Source: a virus
Lineage: Duplodnaviria > Caudoviricetes
Length of the DNA: 56,872 nt
Reading direction: 5' to 3' (one strand)
Virus record (IMG/VR): IMGVR_UViG_3300037483_000192
Span: 1 to 56,872 of that record
Below are positions 37,656 through 46,843 of this stretch, one piece after another (positions within the stretch are counted from its first letter, which is position 1; each line of letters begins with the position of its first letter). The notes under the pieces were generated by a model. It saw only the letters and a program-made list of their open reading frames with translations. It had not been told where the DNA came from and made no database searches. A program made the position numbers and the translations under genes.

Positions 37656-39366
37656 CCGCTACAAGTGACGCCATTTTTCTAATCCAATTGATTCAGCACG
37701 CCGCTGGCCTGCTCGTCAAGCTGCGCTCTCGTGATGCTGAAGTGCTCACGCCAGAAGAACGCGCATCGCTCGGCATTCCGGATGACGCTGCTCGCGAGAG
37801 GCTCGTCGCGGCAATTGACGCTGCCAAGGCCAGAGAGTCTGACGGCGGCGGCTGATCGCTTTCTATATGCACCTTCTACCTATAAACTCAGGAGACCGAC
37901 CAGCCACGGAGCCTCAAGCAGCCGTGACCGGCCGGCCGCACAAACCCGATCGGATGAGGATCGAGTATGCACAGCACAAGATTAGCACGGGCCTAGTCAA
38001 CATCATGGCACGCGCATCCGAGCCGAACGGGTTTTTGGTAAAGGCCATCGCCGTCGGGGCTACCGGGATTGTAGTTGCCGTCGTCGCATGGTCGATCATA
38101 GACGGGATTTCCGCCGACCGGGATCACAGCGTACGGCTGACTGGCCTGGAAAATAGAGAGAGCATCAGGGACGCAAGAGACGCCGAGATGCTGACGATCT
38201 TAAGAGATCTCCGCGATGCAAGACCGTAACCACCGGGAACTCGAGGCTAAGCGGCCGAAGGGGCAGGACGAGGGCGGGGCTCTGAACTCCCCCGGTTCTA
38301 TGCAGGCCGACTCAGGCGGCGGTCCGCAGCAGATCGTTCATCTCGTCGAGACCGTGGGCAAACTCGGCATGTTCGTGATTCTCGCCATGTTCCTGGTCAT
38401 AGTGGCTCTGGCGTTCTTCACTGGCCGTATAGACGGTTTGGGAGAGGCTAGGGCCGAAAGCCTCTCGACGCAAGTGCGCCAGCTAAACGCCGAGGTGCAA
38501 ATACTCAAGTCTGAATTCAACAAGACTCAGGCGCAGTTGCTCGTTCAGGACATCATAGAAAACCCGCATCAATAGGAGGTATATCGTGAGCCACGCATAT
38601 TGGCATTGGTGTTTGACCATCGGTGACGAGACTGGCGAGAAAGTGTCGCTCAGGTTGAAGGAGGGTAAGCGGGGCAATTCGTGCGGTCTGTTCAGGTTTC
38701 CACACGGCTGGACCGAGGAACAGAAGATTGAAGCTCGCGCACTCGGTGAAAAGAAGGTGATGGAGCTGACTGAGATTTTCCGCCAGCCCCAGGAAAGCAT
38801 CGTGTTCAATCCGATGCAGGGCGAGCCTACTCCGTTACCAGAGGATGATATCCCATGATGCTATTTTTGATCCTCATCGCTTTGTGCCTTGGTCATCTTG
38901 GCTTGGGTGCTCGTGCGAATCTCATCATCGCAATCGTCCTGATCGTGCTCGGCGCCATTCTCGTGTTCAGCGGGTGGGACGGCGGGATCGCCATTCGGGC
39001 ACGGGTTGACTAGATGTGTCCACCGACTCGACCGAAGTCCGCCTTGCCCGCATCGAAGAACGGATGGCCGGCAATGAGCGGGCGCTCATCGTTCAAACTG
39101 CCGACCTTGCGCGCAGGCTAGAGGACTTGAACCACGCGCACGCAAAAAACATAGCTGACAAAGCATTTTTCGTGAGCGAAGATAAGTTCGGGGGCTTCGT
39201 GAAGGAAATCCAGGCTTGGCAGAGGCAGGTAGATACTCAGCTATCGGAACTCTCTGGAAGGGCAGGCGGGGCCATCCAGGTTCGGAACACGAGTCAGCAG
39301 AACTGGGTTCTGGTGCTCATGGGGCTGGCGCTTCTGGTGGCGATTGGGGTGGCGTTTTTTAAGTAG
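37652..39366 (+). CDS. Six small lysis-region genes, four with TM segments (37652-37855, 37867-38229, 38216-38575, 38586-38858, 38855-39013, 39016-39366)
   Basis: Coupled ORFs with TM and coiled-coil composition. Confidence 0.6.
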
Positions 39367-39531
39367 GGAGCGCGTCTCGTTCGTACAGAGGCCGTTATTC
39401 GTTACGGCCAAACGCTGGCACTAATTTTCCGGGAGTATGTACTTACTGAAAGCCATATTAGATCAAGTGGTTGCACTCGCCTAAAAAGTGGTGGGATGGA
39501 TAGCTGAAAACCCTTTGGGACTGGCCTATTT

Positions 39532-39696
39532 TTAGTTCGATTTTGGCCCGGAGTGGGATTTCTCGTCCGAATCAGGCGTAGGCCAGCCATCCTTGGGGCG
39601 TTTCTTGGTTAACGCCCGCTCGACGGCCTTCTCCCAGTCCTCGTCGATCTTGACGCGCTCTGGTTCTGGTCCACGCTTACGCTTTCGCTCAGTCAT
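39532..39696 (-). CDS. Small basic transposon passenger protein (54 aa)
   Basis: MTERKRKRGPEPERVKIDEDWEKAVERALTKKRPKDGWP. Confidence 0.6.
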   Translation of the reverse strand: MTERKRKRGPEPERVKIDEDWEKAVERALTKKRPKDGWPTPDSDEKSHSGPKSN

Positions 39697-39715
39697 AGTG
39701 TGAGTATAATTGGTG

Positions 39716-39802
39716 TGCCCCCGGTGGGACTCGAACCCACACGGACCCAGGAGGCCCGCCAGCATCCAAAGCTGGTCCGTCTACCGATTTCGGCACGGGG
39801 GC
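39716..39802 (-). tRNA. Class II tRNA: Leu-type body with Pro (TGG) anticodon
   Basis: 7-bp acceptor GCCCCCG/CGGGGGC, D arm CCG-AAATCGGTAGA-CGG, anticodon arm CCAGC-TTTGGAT-GCTGG, 17-nt variable arm, T arm GTGGG-TTCGAGT-CCCAC, A73. Confidence 0.9.
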
Positions 39803-39807
39803 AAATT

Positions 39808-40911
39808 CTATCGTTTGGTCTCCACTGCCCGCAGATTCACTACGTTCTTCCGTTCTTGAGGCTTCTCGGGCAGCTGGATTCCGACCACTTCTTCTAGCAG
39901 ATCGACAGTCAACCCAAGGCTCTCTGCGATATCCTCGCGATAGATGGACACGTGGTCTCTCAAAACCTCAGCGGCCATAAGCATCGCTTCCGGTCGTTCC
40001 GGTGTATTCGGCTCGTAAGGCTCAGCCTTAGCGTAGCCACGTCTACTTAGATAGGCGTTTGCGCCCTTGAATTGCGCCGCATTGATTACTCCAAGTTCTC
40101 TCGCGCGATAAACCAAAGCTCTGAAGCTTACACCCCATCTGCGTTTCATCCCGGCAAGGCCAGACCAGTTGAAGCCACGGCCTTGCATCTCGGGGAACTC
40201 CCGAAAAAATGCGGCCTTGGGAAGTAGAAACTCAGCCGCAAATTGATTCGCTTGAGTCTCTGTGTCGTCGTCGCCAGTTACCATTCCTGAATGCATGACG
40301 AAGTGTCCGAATTCATGACACATATCGAAACGAAGCCGTGTCGGTTGGGCGGACTCGTGATTATGCAGAACGAGCGGACGCTTCTCGTTCACAGACAGGG
40401 CGCTGATCTTCTCTGATACGCCTACCGCGTTAACGCATACTGCGCCAGCGTTCTCGACGATTCTGGTGACGCTATCGATCGGGGCGTCCATACCAAGACC
40501 CCACTCAGCGCGGACAACGGCGGCCGCGCGCTCTGGTGTTTGCGATGAACCCAACTCCACATGCGGGATACAAACGGGCGGCAAATCCACATGCTGGTCC
40601 GTCCAGCTAACGATTTCTGAAACAAGGGTTGACCTTGCAATAATTTGATTTGCAAAGGTTTTGCTGGTGGTCTTTTGCTTTCTGAAGTTGCACTGATCGG
40701 CTGATATCCAATGAGTCACCGGCCGCTCAAAAAACAACGGAGTGACACCCGTAAGCGCACATAGCGCATCCGTGGTGTCCGCATTCGGCGTGCGGTCACC
40801 TACCTCAAGCTGATGTATGAACTGTCGAGAGACGCCAAGCTGATCCGCATAATCGGCTTGGCTCTTCCCACGATCCTGTCGAATTAGCTTAAATCTCTTC
40901 GGATGAAACAT
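39808..40911 (-). CDS. XRE-HTH plus ImmA/IrrE metallopeptidase fusion
   Basis: HTH QLGVSRQFIHQLE.G; RFDMCHEFGH; E.QANQFAAEFLLP. Confidence 0.95.
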   Translation of the reverse strand: MFHPKRFKLIRQDRGKSQADYADQLGVSRQFIHQLEVGDRTPNADTTDALCALTGVTPLFFERPVTHWISADQCNFRKQKTTSKTFANQIIARSTLVSEIVSWTDQHVDLPPVCIPHVELGSSQTPERAAAVVRAEWGLGMDAPIDSVTRIVENAGAVCVNAVGVSEKISALSVNEKRPLVLHNHESAQPTRLRFDMCHEFGHFVMHSGMVTGDDDTETQANQFAAEFLLPKAAFFREFPEMQGRGFNWSGLAGMKRRWGVSFRALVYRARELGVINAAQFKGANAYLSRRGYAKAEPYEPNTPERPEAMLMAAEVLRDHVSIYREDIAESLGLTVDLLEEVVGIQLPEKPQERKNVVNLRAVETKR

Positions 40912-41141
40912 CCTCGTCCTTTCCCGCGCCCTTCGGCCCTACTGCGGGAGGTCCAATCCTCTTGCCTTCCGGACGTTTCCAGGTCATACGCGAGGCATCC
41001 TGCCCCCCATGGGATGTTCTCCGGCTCAATCCCTTTAAGGGTCATCGCCGACTTTCTCGTCCGATAGATGGTTGAGGCAACGGTGCGGAGTCGGTAGTCG
41101 GATAAGTCGGGATGGTGCTCCCATGGCTCTAGGTGCTTCAT
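40884..41141 (-). pseudogene. Probably internally deleted partner gene upstream of HTH-ImmA
   Basis: PWEHHPDL...W..GC.AY N-terminus, then a shifted-frame tail IGPPAVGPK. Confidence 0.45.
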
Positions 41142-41181
41142 TTGGATGGCCCGCCAAGCTTTGTTGTAACAGGACGATTTT

Positions 41182-41268
41182 GTCAAGCAGTGAAGCCTAC
41201 GTCAAGCAAATCCTTAAAAGTCAAGCAATTATATTTTACTTGACGCAAAGCACTGGTTCTGATAGATT
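41182..41268. promoter_or_regulatory. Divergent control region of the transposon
   Basis: GTCAAGCA three times at 19-bp spacing (41182, 41201, 41220); plus-strand TTGACG, 17 nt, TAGATT (41240-41268) just before tnp. Confidence 0.7.
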
Positions 41269-41275
41269 TATGATC

Positions 41276-42253
41276 ATGACCAAGGTACAAAATAGAAGCA
41301 CCAAGGCAGACCAGCCAATCCAAGACCTTCCAGCGGCTTGTGCGGATGAGGCCGTAGCGGTTGAGTTCATGGAAAAGCACCGTTGGGGCAAGCATCCGGG
41401 TTGCCCGCGTTGCGGCGATATGGACGTCTACAAGATGGTTGGCCGTGACGGTGCCCGCGAGAAATATTTCCGCTGGCGCTGCCGGGGTTGCAAGAGCCAG
41501 TACAGTGTCCGCACGGGGACTGTATTCGAGGATAGCCGCATCCCCATGCGCCACTGGTGCTTTGCCTTCTGGCGCGCCTCAACGTCCAAGAAGGGCGTTT
41601 CCGCGCTGGAGATTCACCGTCAAACGGGACTGAGCTACAAGTCCTGCCTGTTCCTCCTGCATCGCATCCGGTTCGCAATGGCCCCAGTGGACGGCAACCC
41701 GCTTACCGGCACGGTCGAAGTGGACGAGACGTATGTCGGGGGTAAGCCGCGTCATTCTCGTGACGCTCGGGAGGCTTGGACGACTAAAGCGCCCGTGGTT
41801 GCGATGGTCGAGCGTGGTGGTCGGGTACGCTCCTTTCACGTTGCAGACGTGACCGCCAAGACCCTCAAGACCGCGATCCGGCAAAACGTGGACAAGCGGG
41901 CGCGGATCATGACAGACGAGGCCCGGACGTATCGGGGGATCGGGCGCGAGTTCGCAGGCGGGCACCACACGGTGAACCACAGCAAGAAGGAATACGCTCG
42001 CGGCGACGTATCCACCAACACGGTCGAAGGCTACTTCTCAATCGTGAAGCGCGGACTCAACGGCATCTATCACTCGGTCAGCAAGAAGCATCTGCATCGT
42101 TACTTGGCCGAGTTCGAGTTCCGCTATAACGGCCGGGAGCTGGAGGATGGGGAGCGAGTAGTTGCGGCGATCCAGGCGGCGGATGGCAAGCGTCTGCGGT
42201 ATCGTGATCCAGTAGAGAACATCGCCGCAATCGAGCCGGCCCAGCTATTCTAG
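41276..42253 (+). CDS. tnp: IS1595-family DDE transposase
   Basis: Zn ribbon CPRCG..CRGC; VEVDETYVGG; IMTDE; VNHS; TNTVEG; YLAEFEFRYN. Confidence 0.97.
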   Translation: MTKVQNRSTKADQPIQDLPAACADEAVAVEFMEKHRWGKHPGCPRCGDMDVYKMVGRDGAREKYFRWRCRGCKSQYSVRTGTVFEDSRIPMRHWCFAFWRASTSKKGVSALEIHRQTGLSYKSCLFLLHRIRFAMAPVDGNPLTGTVEVDETYVGGKPRHSRDAREAWTTKAPVVAMVERGGRVRSFHVADVTAKTLKTAIRQNVDKRARIMTDEARTYRGIGREFAGGHHTVNHSKKEYARGDVSTNTVEGYFSIVKRGLNGIYHSVSKKHLHRYLAEFEFRYNGRELEDGERVVAAIQAADGKRLRYRDPVENIAAIEPAQLF

Positions 42254-42346
42254 CGGCTCTGGGAGATGCCGCCGAAGCCGCGTACTGGAGGAGGCTAATA
42301 AGGGTGTGCAGCACAAGGTTAGTCTTGTTATGATCCACACCCAGAA

Positions 42347-42877
42347 ATGCCCAATAGCCAATATCTCAAGCACGCCGGCACCGAAATGCTTATTGCAGAG
42401 GCTAAGGTGCCACTGCCAGACGGCGGTGTTAAGGATGGGCTGTTGGCGATAAGAGCGCAGGATTTAAAGCGGCTTTGGCAGCGCGGACAACGTTTCGCGA
42501 TTATCCAACTCTATAAGTTGGTTATTCCTGGGATAATTCTGTCAAAGCACATCTTTCAAGGATTGCGACGGCCGCTGTTGACAGATGGACTACCAAACGC
42601 GGATAAGACGAAGTGGATCTATTCGCGCCGACCTCAGTTCGATTGGATGCCATCCGAACCGACCGACGGCGGTGCGGATAGGTCGGCACGAACGAGCGCG
42701 CCGGAAGGGAAGGTTTTTGTGGTGATTGTTAGCCCGAATGAACGTCACCAGGCAGAGTTTCCGATGGTTGACGGCTGGCTCGACCATTGGAACTGGGTAC
42801 AACAAGACGATGGATTGGCGGAAGCACCGAGTAACTGGTTAGAAAGGTACGACAGGAAGGTTTGGAGTTTGCAATGA
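42347..42877 (+). CDS. Transposon passenger, putative toxin
   Basis: ORF coupled by ATGA overlap to the downstream gene. Confidence 0.55.
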   Translation: MPNSQYLKHAGTEMLIAEAKVPLPDGGVKDGLLAIRAQDLKRLWQRGQRFAIIQLYKLVIPGIILSKHIFQGLRRPLLTDGLPNADKTKWIYSRRPQFDWMPSEPTDGGADRSARTSAPEGKVFVVIVSPNERHQAEFPMVDGWLDHWNWVQQDDGLAEAPSNWLERYDRKVWSLQ

Positions 42878-43275
42878 CTATGCCGAACGAATTGACATTG
42901 GAAAACTTCATCAGGGATATGCCTGAGTTTAAGCCAATGGCTTACTACGATAAGCACTTGGATGCGATACGCATTCAGATACTTGATTGCAGTATTTGGG
43001 AAGACCGTCTTGATCCCATAATGACCGTCTATCATAGAAACCATCACCCGAGACCGGATGGGGTGAATGACATAGTCGGGTTTGTAATCAAGGGCGTCCG
43101 TCACCTATTGAATACTTTGGGCAACAAGGATTCGAGTGGACCAATAGTCATCGCTGAATTTCTTGACGAAATAGTCAGGGAATACCCCACGAAGTCAACC
43201 AAGTTAGTGGTTGAGTTCTGGCGCAGCCTTGGTGAAGGCATTCCTTCGAGTATCGAGATTAGAGACGCCGCTTAG
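42874..43275 (+). CDS. Transposon passenger, DUF2283-like putative antitoxin
   Basis: YYDKHLDAI.I...IVGFVIKG pattern. Confidence 0.5.
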   Translation: MTMPNELTLENFIRDMPEFKPMAYYDKHLDAIRIQILDCSIWEDRLDPIMTVYHRNHHPRPDGVNDIVGFVIKGVRHLLNTLGNKDSSGPIVIAEFLDEIVREYPTKSTKLVVEFWRSLGEGIPSSIEIRDAA

Positions 43276-43985
43276 AAATCCAGCGTAAGCTGCTCTGGCG
43301 TGGACGCTGAGATCTCCTAGAGGTGGTCATTCACCTGTAGGTGAGCCGCTTCCCGGTGATACCAGCCAGCAGTAAGCGAGCGCGCTGCGCGTCCTCGACG
43401 CCGAAGCAGTTTTGAACTCTACGTTAACCCCCACGTTGGGATTGACGTTGACTTCATTCAGTGGAAATCGCGCGCTTTCAAATTTTGAAAGAATAACTGC
43501 GCCAACAGCATCCTCCTATGTCCAAGATGTCCACTTTCGGCCCGATTTCCGGTGCGTCCTGTTTTCAACAAGTACATACTCCCGTAATTTTCTCCAGGCG
43601 CCACCACAGTTAAGGATTGCGGCTCCCTCGTGCTCGTCGCACAAGCTCAATACCGTCTCGAACCCATCGCCGAACGCGCAACTCGCATCCGACTGTTAAT
43701 GCCACCCCGTTTGCCATGCCGATATGTGTTGCCCTGCGTTTGCAGCAGGTACAGTGTCGGCGGCTTCGTGGTTCTACTGGTTGCATGTATCGCGCGTGAT
43801 GTTCTACTGAGCCCCACTGGCCCCATGTCATTGCCAACGCCTCATTAAGTGCCGGTCAATTATCCTATCCAGCCAGCTAGGACGACATCGCACGTCGCAA
43901 ATGGCTTGCCATAACAGCGCAATCAGAAGCATAACCATCGGCGAGATAAGAACTATCAGGTGAATCAGTTCAGGATCATCGAAGA

Positions 43986-44459
43986 TCATGTGCGCAATCC
44001 TCCAAGGCGACTAGACCGCAACGCACCTGCCATACGCCGGCCGAACGCCATAAGCACGTTTCCGTAACCGGGCGATTCTCCCTCGGTGCCGTCTGGCCGC
44101 AGAAACCGAATCTTGCCTCGCACGAACAGGAGCCCGTCTGCGGCTTGCGCGAAGTCCTGCCACCAGTCCGCCCCGGTTCGGTTCGGTACGAGCGCGATGC
44201 CATCGCCGTGGCGCTGTAGGTGCCCGAGCCACGGGCGGATACCGTTGCGAGCACCGTATGGCGGGTTGAGCCACACAGAGCCATTCCACGGGCGCGACAG
44301 AGCCTCGAACGTGATGTGCTCTCTCGCGGGTATCCACGGCACGACGGCGGCTCCTGGGCTTGCTGCGTCGGTGTCGAAGTCAATCCGCAACGCCTCGAAG
44401 ATCCACGGCGGCGTGTACCACTCGTCGGTGAGTCCAAGGCTTAGTTCATGCGCGGCCAT
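43986..44459 (-). CDS. Phage Dam-like N6-adenine methyltransferase
   Basis: DEWYTP, FDTDAA, VWLNPPY and GKIRF motifs. Confidence 0.9.
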   Translation of the reverse strand: MAAHELSLGLTDEWYTPPWIFEALRIDFDTDAASPGAAVVPWIPAREHITFEALSRPWNGSVWLNPPYGARNGIRPWLGHLQRHGDGIALVPNRTGADWWQDFAQAADGLLFVRGKIRFLRPDGTEGESPGYGNVLMAFGRRMAGALRSSRLGGLRT

Positions 44460-44471
44460 TCGTCTTGTGCC

Positions 44472-45194
44472 TCACTCAGACGGTGGAACAATAAGCAACG
44501 GTGCTATCACTGCATCGACTTCTGGCCACGTCGGTTGCACGTCGCTGCGATGTTCATACTTTCCTTCTAAACCCCTAACAAGCAAGGTTCCGTTTCTGAT
44601 CTGCGGCGATAGGTCCGTCGCCCAGTTCTTTCCTATGCTGTGAAGCAGCTCATGCTGGTCAGAGCGTTGCTTTCCGTGTAGCTGCTTATGCGAGAAGTGC
44701 GCCTGACAATACATCGAAACACTGTTGCGCTCCCAGTCCTTCATACGCCACAGAAAATAGTTCGAGACTTCGGCTAGAGGCACGTTAAATGCCCTTGCAT
44801 CGAATATGGCTGGCGTATCGCGTCCAATACCGGTCGGCCACGGCCACCAAAGATTAAACCATGCCGTCATGAGAGCAGCAGAGATGCTCTCCACCTTAGA
44901 TTGGTTGTAGTTGAACCACGCCTCGGTGGTGAGCTTGTCGAAATCGGTCAGCAGGAACGACGCCTCGTCACTTTGGACGTAGACGGCTTTGCAGCCTTGC
45001 ATATCCTCTGCAACGGCGCGCGACGCCGAAACCATCGTGTCGATGATCCGCTGGTCAAACGGGCGCTCAAGCCCTCTCGTCCAGCTGTGGAATGCCCTGC
45101 CATCCACGCGCACTATGACCGGCGTTCGGCGCATCAGATAGTGCCGGTCACGGTCCTCGTAGTTCCCCTTCATTCGGTCGCCTAGAGAACCCAT
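44472..45194 (-). CDS. thg1: Thg1-like tRNA(His) guanylyltransferase / 3'-5' polymerase
   Basis: RVDGRAFH, YVQSDEAS, FDARAF and YFLWR..D..RNS motifs. Confidence 0.93.
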   Translation of the reverse strand: MGSLGDRMKGNYEDRDRHYLMRRTPVIVRVDGRAFHSWTRGLERPFDQRIIDTMVSASRAVAEDMQGCKAVYVQSDEASFLLTDFDKLTTEAWFNYNQSKVESISAALMTAWFNLWWPWPTGIGRDTPAIFDARAFNVPLAEVSNYFLWRMKDWERNSVSMYCQAHFSHKQLHGKQRSDQHELLHSIGKNWATDLSPQIRNGTLLVRGLEGKYEHRSDVQPTWPEVDAVIAPLLIVPPSE

Positions 45195-46843
45195 TAAATC
45201 TCCTGCTTCTCTACAACAAACGGCGAATCCCACACTCTGCCGCACGGTTGACATTCAACCTCGTCACCAGCCAGACGAACCGTGTTGTCGCTGCCGCAAT
45301 CTGGGCAGGCAGGGCCGCGGCAGAGACGTGATGGGTCGCGCTCTTTAGTCTCTACTCCAGGGGCACATGCGTCGATGATGGCCCTGCCAATGTCGATCTG
45401 ACCTTGCGCGTAATACCCATCTAGGTCGCGTTCCGCTTCGACGGCACGCCTGGCGATCTCCAAGACTCTGGATAATCTGCGCAGAGCCTCGTCGCGCTCC
45501 GCCACGAGTATCCTGATCCGGCCCTGCTCGGCGTCGATGAGCTTCTGATCCATCGAGCGCTCGATTTCTAACGTGCCCAGCTTGGCCTGCGGGACATACA
45601 CTGCGCCGCATAAAAGGCACCACGCATCCCCATCAGATCTAAGCTCTAGCGAGGATTCGTCTCTGTTTTTGTTCCAATGCTTGCATGCATCGCTCATTCC
45701 GTCTCTCCCGCGCTTCTGGGTCCAGTATCCAGTTTCTCATTCCGCGCCCGAGCTTGCTGGCACTTGATCTGCTCGGCGATCCACGCCTGAACCTCCTTGG
45801 CGACTTGTACGTATTCAGCGCTGGGAGTCTTGGTGACCTCCTGACCACGGCGGTAAGCCTTCCAGATTCTGTCCTGGAAACGCTTGGGGAGCGATCGCCA
45901 ATGAGCCCAGCATCCCCAGAACTTCGGGGCTACCTCGACCTTGCAGCCGGGCCAGTGGCATGTGTGCTTCATGGGTTTCCGTCTCCCGAGAGCGCGCGGC
46001 GATACACGTCAGTCAACGGCCCGATGTACACTGGCGGTCCTCCGAACTGATCTGCGGTTGCATCAAGGATAGTGCCGTCAGGCAGTTCTAGCCACACGTG
46101 GTTGATTGATCCGAAGTCGCCCTCTACCAGCTTGGACTCTATACCGAGCAACGCCCGTAGCGCTCCACCTAGCGCCGCACTGACCGCAAAGCACATCCGT
46201 GCAGAGCTTCCGCCGTTGAGAATGCCGTCTCGAAAATCTTGCGACCACTCGCGAAGGAAATCATGGCTGTAGCTCATGAGTCCGTGCCTTCCCGATACAG
46301 GTCCCGATAGCGCTCCATCCAGTCGTCGAGCGTCCACGTCGTAGGCAAATGATTCTGCCGATCATCAGCGTTCTCGCGGATTTGGTTCGCAAACATTTCT
46401 AGCGTGTCGGCCAGCTCGCGCTGTTCTGCTTTGCTCACGGGTCCCTCCGAGACTGTTCCTTCCTGCCGGCGCGCAGCCCAGCCGCATAACTGTGCGCGAG
46501 CCATGTTTGTATCTGCTCAACCGACAACCCTTCGCGCACGTCAAAGGTCGCTCGCACGTAGCGCTCGGCTTTCTCGCGGTCGCGCTCACTCATTGCTCTT
46601 GCCCTCCCGTTCCTGAGGCGGCGTCGTTACGCGCGTGCCGACAAGTCCAATGGCGTATTGGAGAGGGCAGCCGCCGCCGTGGGAGTCAGGATCAGCGGAC
46701 TCGCATCCCGAGCAGATGAAATCCGCGCCTGTAACTGGTTCCATGCACGCATCGACAAGCTCGACAAGTGCGCCGAATAGTAGGCGGGCAGCACCATCGG
46801 CCGCGTAGTTCTCTCTCATTTCATCAACGCTGTTGTATGGCAT
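45194..46843 (-). CDS. Cluster of small hypothetical early genes
   Basis: Coupled ORFs at 45194-45697, 45694-45972, 45969 to about 46277, 46586-46843 and others. Confidence 0.55.

Larger units (their letters stand above)
39430..43584. mobile_element. IS1595-family cargo transposon, 4155 bp
   Basis: TIRs CGGGAGTATGTACTT(AC/GT)TGAAA at 39430-39451 and 43563-43584; 8-bp TSD TAATTTTC at 39422-39429 and 43585-43592; internal transposase. Confidence 0.95.

Noticed and set aside
39532-39765. 77-aa ORF as called by the track
   Set aside because: Its 5' part overlaps the tRNA; the start is moved to 39696.
39716-39802. Ordinary tRNA-Pro or a second att site
   Set aside because: The long variable arm, G1:C72 and A37 do not fit tRNA-Pro; it is full length and lies inside the transposon TIRs.
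41072-41275. N-terminal extension of the transposase
   Set aside because: It covers the promoter and repeat region; ATG 41276 follows the -10 box.
43292-43408. Hammerhead ribozyme
   Set aside because: No CUGANGA/GAAA core in the correct arrangement on either strand.
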